From contig CAWDSK010000005.1 of the NCBI GenBank assembly GCA_963804995.1, positions 1-64,000 on the forward strand: DNA of 64,000 bases, read 5' to 3'. Source of the DNA: an uncultured Acidobacteriota bacterium. GTDB taxonomy: Bacteria > Acidobacteriota > Terriglobia > UBA7540. Both the position numbers and the translations under genes were made by a program. How positions within the stretch are numbered: position 1 is the first letter of the stretch; the number at the start of each line of letters is the position of its first letter. Positions 51,024 to 60,365 of this stretch are shown in pieces. The notes under the pieces are model-generated. The model did not search any database, was not told the DNA's origin, and saw only the letters and a program-made list of their open reading frames with translations.

Positions 51024-52253
51024 TTACACGCTCAAGTTCAGCAGGCGGGCGGCGTTTTCGTTATAGACCTTGCGCAGGATCTGGTCCGGCAAGCCGAGGC
51101 CGGAGATTCTCCATCGCCCCTGGGGAGGAACCGGCGCGGGAGCGTAATCGAAATACTCGTCTTCGGTCTCCAGGAAACGGTAATAGATCTCATACAACGC
51201 ATCCCCGAAGATTTGCTGCGGAGTCTCGATCCCGTGCGGGACGGCGTCCGTTCCCAGCATAATGCGGTCCTGGTATTTCTCAAAAAACTTGCGCGCTTGG
51301 CGTGGTTGCCGGCCGAGCTCGTTGAGCCGGGCGCCCATCTCCACATGCATGTTCGGGAGGTGGTCGAGGCAATGCGCGACGTAACCCAGGTCTTCTCCCC
51401 GATTTCCGACATGCAAAGCAATGAACTGCGTCTTGGGGTGGCGAGCAAACACGCGGTTGCGTGCCTCCAGTAGTTCCATCTTGGCCGGAAAGTCGCGGCC
51501 GTAAAACGACCAGTCAGGATGGTTGTTCAATTCCTCGAAGCGCTCATTGAAGCGGTCGGTGGGGAGAAAGAAGGCATCGGGGTCGGAAGTGTGAATCGCG
51601 ACAGGCAGGCGGAGCGCGCCACAAGCTTCCCACATCGGATTAAAGCGAGGGTCATCAACTTTCACGAGGTTGCCCGTAGTGACGTTCGCACGCAAGTAAA
51701 GCCCCAGCACCTTGGTGACCTTCAAGCCCTTGGCGCCGGCCCGGTGGGCGCGTTCGATCTCATCCGCCTGCGTTTGGGCATAGCCCGGCTCATTCGAGCA
51801 TTCCCACCACGGTTCCGTAAAAACCAGAAAGCGCCCCGGGTGAGATGTCGCGAATTTCTGGATGGCTTCCACCAGTCCCTGGCCGCGCCCGCCGGTGAGA
51901 TCAACCATGGTCCGGATGTTCTTGCGATTCATGACGGCCAATATTTCTTCCGGAGGGGCTGGGTAATTCATCTTCTCGCCCAAGGGAACGCCATTCCGGT
52001 GTGCGGCCTGAAAGGAAAGGTGGGCATGAACATCAATCACCGGGAACTTGGAGCGCGCGACTTTGGTCTCCGGCACGCGGAGCATGCTTTTGGGCTGGAA
52101 TTCCGTGAGGTCGAGCGGCGTCCGGGTTTTCTCAACGGGGACTCCACTAACTTTCGCGCCCAATATCTTTGTTGATGACTGAACCGCGCTGCTTCCCACA
52201 ACTGCTGCGGCCGTGCGATGCAGCCATTGCCTACGACTCCATTTGCTCATCAT
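51024..52253 (-). CDS. Tat-exported amidohydrolase (Amidohydro_2 family)
   Basis: SRRQWL twin-arginine signal; DVHAH; GTD; KVYNENAARLL. Confidence 0.88.
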   Translation of the reverse strand: MMSKWSRRQWLHRTAAAVVGSSAVQSSTKILGAKVSGVPVEKTRTPLDLTEFQPKSMLRVPETKVARSKFPVIDVHAHLSFQAAHRNGVPLGEKMNYPAPPEEILAVMNRKNIRTMVDLTGGRGQGLVEAIQKFATSHPGRFLVFTEPWWECSNEPGYAQTQADEIERAHRAGAKGLKVTKVLGLYLRANVTTGNLVKVDDPRFNPMWEACGALRLPVAIHTSDPDAFFLPTDRFNERFEELNNHPDWSFYGRDFPAKMELLEARNRVFARHPKTQFIALHVGNRGEDLGYVAHCLDHLPNMHVEMGARLNELGRQPRQARKFFEKYQDRIMLGTDAVPHGIETPQQIFGDALYEIYYRFLETEDEYFDYAPAPVPPQGRWRISGLGLPDQILRKVYNENAARLLNLSV

Positions 52254-52749
52254 GTGCTCCTCAACTCACTTTGGGCATCTACAAGCCCGCCAGCTTAGTG
52301 CGCCCTCCTGGGTACGTCAACTGGATTGGCGTGTTCATTTCCGGGACGTTCCGTTGGAGGCGGGATGGCGCATGAGGTTTTGCATGCGGCGGAGCCGCAC
52401 GTGAAAAGTCATAGGAAGAAAACGCATGAAGCTGGGCAAGTTGGTGGGACCTCGCGCGCTAAGGCCCGCGGAAGAGCAACATGTGGGACAGTCCCAGTGA
52501 TGACAAAAAGTCGCGGGCTTTCCAAAGTAGGGTGGGAGAGCACGCGATCCCGAGCCCACCTCCTGCCCCCTTGTTGAGCCGGGCGTGCCGATTTCCCGCC
52601 TGCGGCTCACCCGCCAACTCTCCGGGTTTGAGGCTTGCGGGTTTTCCAAACGAAAAACCCCAAAACCGGGGTAGTGGGGTCATTTGCTGTGGCACGGCCG
52701 ACCTGCCCCGATCCATCGGGGTCTTGGCCGTGACCGTTCACGGGCGGGA

Positions 52750-52878
52750 GAAGCTGTGAAAAAATACCATTTTCACCGCTGAGACGCTGAGACGCAGAGA
52801 AATGACCCTTTGTTTTCAAACCTCTGCGCCTCCGCGTCTCCGCGGTGAAAGCTTTGATGGGATTTTTTCACACCTTCG
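52750..52878. mobile_element. Small MITE-like element with ~16-bp terminal inverted repeats, inserted in a REP-like hairpin
   Basis: GAAGCTGTGAAAAAAT / ATTTTTTCACACCTTC. The flanks CACGGGCGG and GACGCCCGTG rejoin into a hairpin. Confidence 0.55.
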
Positions 52879-52965
52879 GACGCCCGTGCCGCTTCCAAAT
52901 GACACCACTACCAAAACCGGGGAACCTCGCTAGGAAACCGACCCCCGCCCCTCGAAACTTTCCAC

Positions 52966-53000
52966 TTGACAAACTAATTGTAACGTACTAATAAATTAGT
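52966..53000 (+). promoter_or_regulatory. blaI promoter/operator: TTGACA plus an ACTAAT-AA-ATTAGT palindrome abutting the ATG
   Basis: Palindrome at 52987-53000, second half-site ACTAAT at 52973; no SD before ATG 53001. Confidence 0.65.
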
Positions 53001-53375
53001 ATGCGAACCAAATCCAAGACCCTCACCGAACAAGAGCTGGAAATCATGAAGGTGGTCTGGGAGCTCCAGACCGCGACGGTGCGCGATGTTTATGAGGCCC
53101 TGCTGCGCCGGCGCAAGATCGCTTACACCACGGTCATGACCATGATGAACATCCTGGAAGAGAAGGGGTATTTGAAGAAGCGCGCTGACGACAAGGCTTT
53201 TGTCTACCGGCCTGCCCAAGCCAAGGGCAAGGTCATCAAGGCGATGGTGCAGGATTTTGTCAGCCGCGTCTTCAACGGCTCGGCGCAGCCTCTTCTGGTG
53301 CAGTTGGTCAAAGACCGGCAGCTTTCGGAGAAAGACCTGGAAGAAATCCGCCGCCAGATCAAGGAGATGAAATGA
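53001..53375 (+). CDS. BlaI/MecI/CopY family repressor
   Basis: LTEQELEIMKVVW...AYTTVMTMMNILEEKG...FNGS. Confidence 0.93.
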   Translation: MRTKSKTLTEQELEIMKVVWELQTATVRDVYEALLRRRKIAYTTVMTMMNILEEKGYLKKRADDKAFVYRPAQAKGKVIKAMVQDFVSRVFNGSAQPLLVQLVKDRQLSEKDLEEIRRQIKEMK

Positions 53376-54973
53376 GCGCTCCGCTTTGGCTCCAGAACCT
53401 CTTTGCCTACTGCGTGCAAATTACGGGACTGGCTCTGGCCGGACTCCTGCTCCCGCGCCTGTTGCGGCTCCGGACGCCTCGGGTTCTGTATTTCTATTGG
53501 CAGGCGCTGCTCGCGGCGTGCTTGTTGCTGCCCCTTCTCGAATCCTGGAAGCGCCTTGAAACCGCGGGGGGCGGATTGACAACCAGCCGCCTGCGCTTTG
53601 AGGTGGCGCCGGCGGTGGCGCATTTGCCGGGGCTGGCGGTCGCCCCTCTGATTCTTATGGTCCTGATCGGGGGGATGTGCCTGCGTTTGGGGTGGCTGGC
53701 GCTAGGCTTGGCATCGCTTCGTCGCTTTCGCCAGACCGCCCGCCGCCTTGCACCCCTGCCTCAGGGCATCGAAGAGCTAGGGAGTCGCCTGGGCGTCGCG
53801 CCCGAGTTCTGCCTCAGCGAAAAAATCGAGGGCCCCGTGACCTTCGGCCTGCGGCGCCCGGTCATTCTGCTTCCGCCACGCTTCCTGGACCTGGATTCCG
53901 ATCGCCAGCAGGTCATCGCCAGTCACGAACTGCTGCACGTGGTGCGACGCGACTGGGCGATGAACCTGGTCGAGGAGATCGTGTTGGCCGCCTTCTGGTT
54001 CCACCCCGTGGTGTGGTGGCTGGTGGGCCAAATCCGGCTGAGCCGCGAGCAAGTGGTGGATCAGCAAGTCGTGGAACTGACGGGCGCCCGCAAGCCTTAC
54101 CTCTATGCGCTGGTGGAAATCGCCGCCGGGCCGGGCGCCGCGCGCGGCTTGGTCGCTCCCGCTTTCCTCGAGGAATCCCAGCTTGCCGAGCGCATTCGGT
54201 CCTTGATAAAGGAGGACTTCATATCCAAACGAAGAATTATCATCTCTCTGGTATGTGTAGCGGTGTTGACCGTGCTTGCCGGGCTCGCCCTCATCCGCAA
54301 GTTTCCTCTGAACCTGGGCAGTTCCGAGCCGGAGATCATCGACGCCATGTCATCTGTTAGTGGGGTGACCGCGCCAGTTGCAATCTATAACCCCGAACCT
54401 CCCGCCAATTCCGAGGTGCTGAGGCTGGCGGAAATACGGGCCTACATGAGCTACTGGGTCACCATTGGGGCAGACGGCGCGGTAAAAGATGTTACCGTCC
54501 AAAGGTCATTAGCCCCCGGAGTGGATCAGTACGTCGCGAACGTTATCAAAACCTGGAAATTCAAACCGGCCATGAAAAACGGCAAGCCCGTGGCGTGCAA
54601 GACCAACCTTGGGTTCATGTACACGCAAGCCTCGGCCCCGACGCTCAAGCCCGCCGCGACCCCCATGGAAAAGCCTACTTCTGAGGTCTTTAGTGTTGGC
54701 AATGGGGTGAGCGCCCCAGTGGCCATCTTTAAGCCCGAGCCTCCCTATACCGACGCGGCGAGGCGTGCCAAGCTCCAGGGTACGTCGGTGCTGTGGACCA
54801 TCATCGGTGCCGATGGCGCTGTGAAAGATGTGAGAATTGTAAAGTCACTCGACCCAGGACTCGATCAGAGCGCCGTGAACACAATCAAGACCTGGAAATT
54901 CAAGCCGGCCACAAAAGACGGCACGCCGGTGGCGTGCAAGGTGTCGGTCGAGGTCAGCTTCAAGTTGTTTTGA
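53372..54973 (+). CDS. BlaR1-type M56 peptidase fused to two TonB C-terminal domains
   Basis: HELLHVVRRD, FWFHP; two PEPP...IGADGAVKDV...WKFKPA repeats. Confidence 0.9.
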   Translation: MSAPLWLQNLFAYCVQITGLALAGLLLPRLLRLRTPRVLYFYWQALLAACLLLPLLESWKRLETAGGGLTTSRLRFEVAPAVAHLPGLAVAPLILMVLIGGMCLRLGWLALGLASLRRFRQTARRLAPLPQGIEELGSRLGVAPEFCLSEKIEGPVTFGLRRPVILLPPRFLDLDSDRQQVIASHELLHVVRRDWAMNLVEEIVLAAFWFHPVVWWLVGQIRLSREQVVDQQVVELTGARKPYLYALVEIAAGPGAARGLVAPAFLEESQLAERIRSLIKEDFISKRRIIISLVCVAVLTVLAGLALIRKFPLNLGSSEPEIIDAMSSVSGVTAPVAIYNPEPPANSEVLRLAEIRAYMSYWVTIGADGAVKDVTVQRSLAPGVDQYVANVIKTWKFKPAMKNGKPVACKTNLGFMYTQASAPTLKPAATPMEKPTSEVFSVGNGVSAPVAIFKPEPPYTDAARRAKLQGTSVLWTIIGADGAVKDVRIVKSLDPGLDQSAVNTIKTWKFKPATKDGTPVACKVSVEVSFKLF

Positions 54974-55442
54974 CCCGGGGAGAGGCAGCTTGACCGGGGC
55001 CGGCGCAGACCCCAAGGATGAAGGTGTGAAATGATCGAAAAACGGGAATTTCACTCTGGAATTTAAGGTCGTGGATTCTTGGTCTTTTTAGCAAACCTTT
55101 CTCTGTGTCCTCTGCGTCCAGAAGAGATTTAATACAGAGGTCACTGAGCTACGCTGTGCTACTATCCTAGAGATTCTTCGTGACGCGCGAAGATTTCGTG
55201 CCACGGGCAGGTCGGCCATGGCACGGCCTTGGTTGCGGCCCCGCCGCGTTGCGTACCCCAATGTAAACTCAGGTAGCGGCACGCCATCCCGATCATAACC
55301 ATCGGGGCAGGTGGCGTGCTCGTACCAGGATGTTTCACATCTTGCTCCTGAAGTTTGCGCTTGTTCGTGTGCCACGGGAGCGGATGTGGTGTGGCGAAGA
55401 AGCGCTCGGGTTCGGAATTTGAATAATTTGCAAACGAAAAGC

Positions 55443-55641
55443 CGCGGACCCCAAAACCGGGGGACCGCGCTACGCATAGTGCTAACGATATCGAGGGAGC
55501 AAACCTCGTAGCGCAGACCTCCGTTGTTGAGGTCTGCGGTTCTTCGTATGCCATGTGAGCGAATGTAGCCGTCCGTAGTTGGGGGTTTGCGGTTTTATCA
55601 CATGAAGAGCCGCGGAATCAAAATTCGGGGGACCGCGCTAC
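55443..55641. repeat. REP cluster (type B reversed, type A, type B reversed)
   Basis: GTAG-footed hairpins at 55443-55473 (-), 55508-55538 (+) and 55611-55641 (-); another type A copy at 50763-50793. Confidence 0.85.
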
Positions 55642-55743
55642 GACGTTTGCTGGACCTGCGGCACGATAGCCGGCAGCGTCGTGCAGGCAGGGACACAACC
55701 AGAGCAGTTTTCAGATGGAGTGCGAGGGCGGCGAGACTTCAGC

Positions 55744-55917
55744 TTAACTGGTGCCAGTCAGACTCGTCGCGGCACTGGAGAACACGCTGCTGACGGCGCT
55801 GGTCACACCGTTCACCGAGACAATCAAGGCGAGGGCTATCAGGGCCACAAGCAGGGCATATTCTATTAAGTCCTGGCCGTCTTCTTCTTGCCAGAGCTGC
55901 CGCATAAGCTTCCGCAT
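55744..55917 (-). CDS. flp: Flp (type IVb/Tad) pilin, 57 aa, not in the ORF track
   Basis: MRKLMRQLWQEEDG|QDLIEYALLVALIAL, with prepilin G cleavage and the Flp EY motif; AGGGAGG RBS. Confidence 0.9.
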   Translation of the reverse strand: MRKLMRQLWQEEDGQDLIEYALLVALIALALIVSVNGVTSAVSSVFSSAATSLTGTS

Positions 55918-56320
55918 GAGTCTTTTCCTCCCTAACCTCTGAGTCTCGTTGTCGCGGTTGGACGATTCGCGATGTCACGAGCTGTTCGAGCCGCCAAAAT
56001 ACTTGCCCTCTCCCCTTTAGAGAGGGCCGTTACTCAGCGTGTGGCGCCGTAGGGGCTGGCGCGGCGAACGGTTCTCCAAAGCGGCCAGTCGTTGCGACGA
56101 TGTAACTTTACTTCTGGCCGGAATCACCCCAAGCAAGCATAGAGCGGTCCCCCACTCTTGGGGTCCGCAATTCTTCATTTGAAAAATCCACCACCCGCCA
56201 AATGCACGCGACAATATGCCTACATAGTACACGAAGAACCGGAGAATCACAACGGGGGAGTGCGCTACGATGTTTGCTGCCTCGGCACCGTTAGTTACAA
56301 CCGTAATGTGGACATGCTTC

Positions 56321-56439
56321 GTAGCGCGGTCCCCCGGTTTTGGGGGCCGCGGTTCTTGGTTTGAAAGGCTGGTTCTTCGCCACCCACCATTCGCTCCGAT
56401 GACATACGAAGAGCCGCAGACCTCAACGGCGGAGGTCTG
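56321..56439. repeat. REP pair whose type A REP is interrupted by the group II intron
   Basis: Type B at 56321-56351; CGCAGACCTCAACGGCGGAGGTCTG at 56415-56439 continues as CGCTAC at 58353-58358. Confidence 0.9.
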
Positions 56440-58352
56440 GTGCGCCGGGATAAACCGGCAGAAAGCAGAGAATGAAAATTTCTCACGAGGAAGGAGTAGC
56501 GATCCACTCGGCCCCGAGTTTTGCGCTGGGCGTCGTGAGGCGCACGGTGAAGCGTAAACAGGGGAATAGGTGGGCTGGGTATTGAGCTTCGAAAATGTCC
56601 AATCAGGACGCCGACGTTTTCAGACTAAACGGAAGGCAACATGAGGCCGGGACGCCAACGCGAGTTCCGGCACAGTCCTGCGTAGTCGTAGACCCCAGAC
56701 ACGCCTAGACACTTTCTGCACGAGAACCGGGAGACCTCGGAGGCGCCGGCCGCCGTAGATCGTGGCCGGACGGCGGGAAAAGGCGATGGCCGTACAGCCC
56801 GCCTGCACGCTTTCGAGGAGTCGGACAGCGGAACAGTACCGATGAATCATTTGAACAAAGACGGGAAGCCGTTGGCGGAGAATGAGGAGGGAAGGCCGCT
56901 GATCAAGGAGAACACCCGTTGGCCTAACACGCACCCGACACAGAGCGGGGCACGCGTGTCCCAGGGACTCGCGGGTGTGCGGAAAGCCGCGAAGGAACAC
57001 AGGGAGATGAAGTTCACGGCCTTGCTCCACCACTTAACGGTCGATCTGCTGCGGGAAAGCTTTTACGCCTTGAAGCGAAAAGCTGCACCGGGAGTAGACG
57101 GCATGACGTGGCAGGAGTATGAAAGCGGGCTGGAAGGTCGACTCGTCGATCTGCACAGCCGGGTCCACCGCGGAGCATTCCGAGCGAAGCCCTCGCGAAG
57201 GGCGTATATCCCGAAAGGCGACGGGCGGCAACGTCCGTTGGGGGTTGCGGCACTGGAGGACAAGATCGTCCAACAGGCCGTGGTCACCATCCTCAAGGCG
57301 ATTTACGAGGAAGACTTTCTGGGCTTCTCGTATGGCTTTCGACCGGGATGCAGCCAGCATCAAGCGCTGGACGCGCTCTCGTACGCGCTCACGGTGAAGC
57401 ACGTGAACTACGTTCTTGACGCGGACATTCGTGGATTTTTCGATTCGATATCCCACGAATGGATGCTCAAGTTCGTGCAGCATCGCGTCGCCGACCCCCG
57501 GATTCTCCGGCTCATCCAGAAATGGCTGAAAGCCGGGGTGAGGGAGGAAGGCGAATGGTCGGAGACGGAGATGGGTACGCCACAAGGGGCGGTGGTCTCG
57601 CCCCTGCTGGCGAATATCTATCTGCACTACGTCTTTGACCTGTGGGTGCAGGCGTGGCGCAAGAAGCACGCCCGGGGAGACGTGGTCGTGGTGCGGTATG
57701 CCGACGATACGGTCCTTGGATTCCAATCGCAGACGGAAGCCGACCGCTTTCTGGAGGATTTCCGGGAGCGGGTGGGGAAGTTTGGATTGGAACTGCATCC
57801 TGACAAAACGCGCCGGATCGAGTTCGGGCCGTTTGCCGAACTTTACCGGAAACGGAGAGGAGAAGGTAAGCCGGAGACGTTCGACTTTCTGGGCTTCACG
57901 CATATCAGCGGGAAGAACCGGAGGGGGCAATTTACCGTGAAGCGGAAGACGATCAGCAAGCGCCTGCGGGGGAAGTTGCAGGAACTCAAGCAACAACTCC
58001 GGCAGCGTCGGCACGATCCCATCGCGGATACGGGTAAATGGCTCCGGTCGGTCGTGCAAGGCTACTTCAACTATCACGCGGTACCGGGAAACCTCGACCG
58101 CCTGCGAATCTTTCGGGAACGGTTGACCCGACTGTGGCGAACACAACTGCGTCAACGCAGTCAACGCCACCGCCTCAACTGGGACCGACTGGGGAAGCTT
58201 GCGGCCTGCTGGTTGCCTGCTCCGCACGTTGTGCATCCTTGGCCATCCCAACGGTTCGCCGCCACACATCCGAGATAAGAGCCGTATGCGCTAACCAGCG
58301 CACGTACGGATCCGTGCGGGGGGTACCGGGTAACCGGTATCCCTACCGCAAC
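56440..58352 (+). mobile_element. Complete group II intron
   Basis: 5' GTGCG at 56440; domain V GAGCCGTATGCG...CGCACGTACGGATC at 58279-58312; domain VI hairpin and 3' AAC at 58352; removing it restores an intact REP. Confidence 0.93.
56842..58278 (+). CDS. ltrA: Group II intron reverse transcriptase/maturase without an endonuclease domain (start may be GTG 56956)
   Basis: APGVDG, RPLGVAALEDKIVQ, GTPQGAVVSPLLANIYL, YADD, FDFLGF and maturase GYFNYH motifs; no HNH domain. Confidence 0.95.
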   Translation: MNHLNKDGKPLAENEEGRPLIKENTRWPNTHPTQSGARVSQGLAGVRKAAKEHREMKFTALLHHLTVDLLRESFYALKRKAAPGVDGMTWQEYESGLEGRLVDLHSRVHRGAFRAKPSRRAYIPKGDGRQRPLGVAALEDKIVQQAVVTILKAIYEEDFLGFSYGFRPGCSQHQALDALSYALTVKHVNYVLDADIRGFFDSISHEWMLKFVQHRVADPRILRLIQKWLKAGVREEGEWSETEMGTPQGAVVSPLLANIYLHYVFDLWVQAWRKKHARGDVVVVRYADDTVLGFQSQTEADRFLEDFRERVGKFGLELHPDKTRRIEFGPFAELYRKRRGEGKPETFDFLGFTHISGKNRRGQFTVKRKTISKRLRGKLQELKQQLRQRRHDPIADTGKWLRSVVQGYFNYHAVPGNLDRLRIFRERLTRLWRTQLRQRSQRHRLNWDRLGKLAACWLPAPHVVHPWPSQRFAATHPR

Positions 58353-58400
58353 CGCTACGGTTCACTGGTGATACCTCCGCCACTGTTGTATTCTGGCCGC

Positions 58401-58922
58401 GTGTCACGGCTACGTCGGCTTTTTCTTTCTGATCGGTTCTTCTTCATCACGGTGCGCCTACTGGAGCGCCGCCGCAAATTAGATGATGCCGATTTCGAGC
58501 GTCTGGCACTGGCCATCTCCAGGAGCCGGAAGTCTCATCCCTTCTTCCTAACGGCCTGGGTGTTTCTTCCCAATCACTGGCATGCGATCTGTGCCCTACA
58601 ACATCCGGTGACTATTATTGAAGTCATGAAATCCATCAAAGTCAGCTCGACGACACTCATCAACGAGGGCCGCTCCCGGTCAGGTGGATTGTGGGTGGGC
58701 CGTTATTTTGACCGTGCCCTGCGAACTGTGAAGGAATACCACGAGAAGGTGGACTACATTCACAGGAATCCGGTAAAGGCAGGATTGGTCGGTCGGGCCG
58801 AGGAGTGGCGATGGTCCAGCGCGATCGAGTATTCCGGTGTGAGTGCGGCGGAACAAATGCTCCGCTGCGGGTTGACCATTGATCGGGTGAATCTCCCCTC
58901 GGATTTGAAAACGAGAATCTAG
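58401..58922 (+). CDS. REP-associated tyrosine transposase (RAYT/TnpA-REP, HUH Y1 family)
   Basis: FFITV, WVFLPNHWHAI (HUH), W...YFDRALR, YIHRNPVKAGLV...WRWSS; flanked by GTAG REPs. Confidence 0.88.
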   Translation: MSRLRRLFLSDRFFFITVRLLERRRKLDDADFERLALAISRSRKSHPFFLTAWVFLPNHWHAICALQHPVTIIEVMKSIKVSSTTLINEGRSRSGGLWVGRYFDRALRTVKEYHEKVDYIHRNPVKAGLVGRAEEWRWSSAIEYSGVSAAEQMLRCGLTIDRVNLPSDLKTRI

Positions 58923-58923
58923 C

Positions 58924-59551
58924 GTAGCGGCGTCCCCCTTATTGGGTCCGCGGTTCTTGGTTTGCAAAATTCGCAAAACCTCAACATACGGGTGGCTACG
59001 TTCGCTCAGAGGGAAGACGAAGAACCGCAGACCTCAACGGCGGAGGTCTGCGCTACGAGGTTTGCTCCCTCGGTATCGTTAGCATGAGGCGTAGCGCGGT
59101 CCCCCGGTTTTGGGGTCCGCGGTTCTTCATTTGCAAAATCCGCAAACCCCAACATGCGGGTGGCTGCATTCGCTCCGATGGCACACGAAGAGCCGCAGAC
59201 CTCAACGGCGGAGGTCTGCGCTACGAGGTTTGCAGCCTCTGCATCGTTAGCATGAAGCGTAGCGCGGTCCCCCGCTTTTGGGGTCCGCGGTTCTTGGTTT
59301 GAAAGGCTGGTTCTTCGCCACCCACCATTCGCTCCGATGACATACGAAGAGCCGCAGACCTCAACGGCGGAGGTCTGCGCTACGAGGTTTGCTCCCTCGG
59401 TATCGTTAGCATGAGGCGTAGCGCGGTCCCCCGCTTTTGGGGTCCGCAATTCTTCATTTGCAAAATCCGCAAACCCCAACATACGGGTGGCTGCATTCGC
59501 TCCGATGGCACATGAAGAGCCGCAGACCTCAACGGCGGAGGTCTGCGCTAC
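58924..59551. repeat. Array of four inverted REP pairs (REPIN/BIME-like, ~160-168-bp period)
   Basis: Type B GTAGCGCGGTCCCCC...GGGGTCCGC at 58924 (variant), 59091, 59259 and 59418; type A CGCAGACCTCAACGGCGGAGGTCTGCGCTAC at 59026, 59194, 59353 and 59521. Confidence 0.93.
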
Positions 59552-59557
59552 GGTTGC

Positions 59558-60220
59558 TTAATGCTTGGGGGCGGGGGAGACCCAGACTCTTCGCGCGGCG
59601 GATTCGCCCAGGTGGGTTGGCTTGTCGCCTATACGCAGGCTAATGGTCCCATCGTAATTGCGGCTCAGGACTTTCAGTTGCACGCCCGGCCGGATGCCCA
59701 GCCGATCGAAGTACTCCAAAAGCTCGCGATCACGCTCGTGCATGCTATCCACTTTGACGGGCGCGCCCGGGGGCGCTTCCCACAATTGTTGCAAGCCCAG
59801 GCGGCGGCGCTCACTGGCGCTCTTGTTGATTTGATTGCCGTGCGGGCAGGAGCCACCGGGGCCGAGTTTGTCGATCAGTCTTTGCTCTACGTCCGCGGAA
59901 ATAGCGTGCTCCAGGCGCTCCGCCTCGTCGTGGACCTTATACCACTCCATCCCCAGCAGTTCGTGGAGCATGCGCTCCACCAGGTGATGGCGCAGTTGCA
60001 GTTTTTCAGAGATGCTGCGCCCCGCCGCGGTCAGAGAGATGCGGCCTTTCTGATCAACTTTCACCAGATTATCGCGGCGCAGCCGGCGCAACGCCAGCGC
60101 CACCGCCGGAGCGCTTACCTCCAGCCAGCGGGCAATAGTGGCCGCAATGACGGCGCCCTCTTCGGCGTCAGCCTCCGCAATGGCCTTCAGGTAATCCTCT
60201 TTTGAAATCGTGAGCTTCAC
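59558..60220 (-). CDS. DtxR/MntR family metal-dependent repressor with a FeoA domain
   Basis: EDYLKAI, RHHLVER, VHDEAERLEHAIS, CPHGNQI, LGIRPG. Confidence 0.92.
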   Translation of the reverse strand: MKLTISKEDYLKAIAEADAEEGAVIAATIARWLEVSAPAVALALRRLRRDNLVKVDQKGRISLTAAGRSISEKLQLRHHLVERMLHELLGMEWYKVHDEAERLEHAISADVEQRLIDKLGPGGSCPHGNQINKSASERRRLGLQQLWEAPPGAPVKVDSMHERDRELLEYFDRLGIRPGVQLKVLSRNYDGTISLRIGDKPTHLGESAARRVWVSPAPKH

Positions 60221-60347
60221 GGCGCCTGCCCCCTTCGGTTTCTCGAAGCCTGCAACTTTTCCATCATGCCAGCGCCGGGACTTTCACGCAACAGCCAATA
60301 CGTTAAGATAAGGGATCACAAAGTTCTTGACATGCGGCAACGTCTAT

Positions 60348-60365
60348 AGTTAACTATGGTTAATT
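60348..60365. promoter_or_regulatory. Palindromic candidate operator for the DtxR-type repressor
   Basis: AGTTAACTATGGTTAATT just downstream of TTGACA (60327) in the divergent intergenic region. Confidence 0.55.

Noticed and set aside
55920..56130. c-di-GMP riboswitch upstream of flp
   Set aside because: I could not find the class I or class II consensus motifs; only a generic hairpin is visible.
57034..58269. 411-aa minus-strand ORF
   Set aside because: Antisense shadow of the intron RT.
58038..58400. N-terminal extension making RAYT a 294-aa protein
   Set aside because: The extension overlaps the intron RT and domains V/VI; RAYT-like sequence begins at GTG 58401.
58924..59551. CRISPR array or integron attC cassette array
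   Set aside because: The repeats are GTAG-footed hairpins in inverted pairs with repeated linkers next to an HUH transposase; there are no cassette ORFs, integrase or cas genes.
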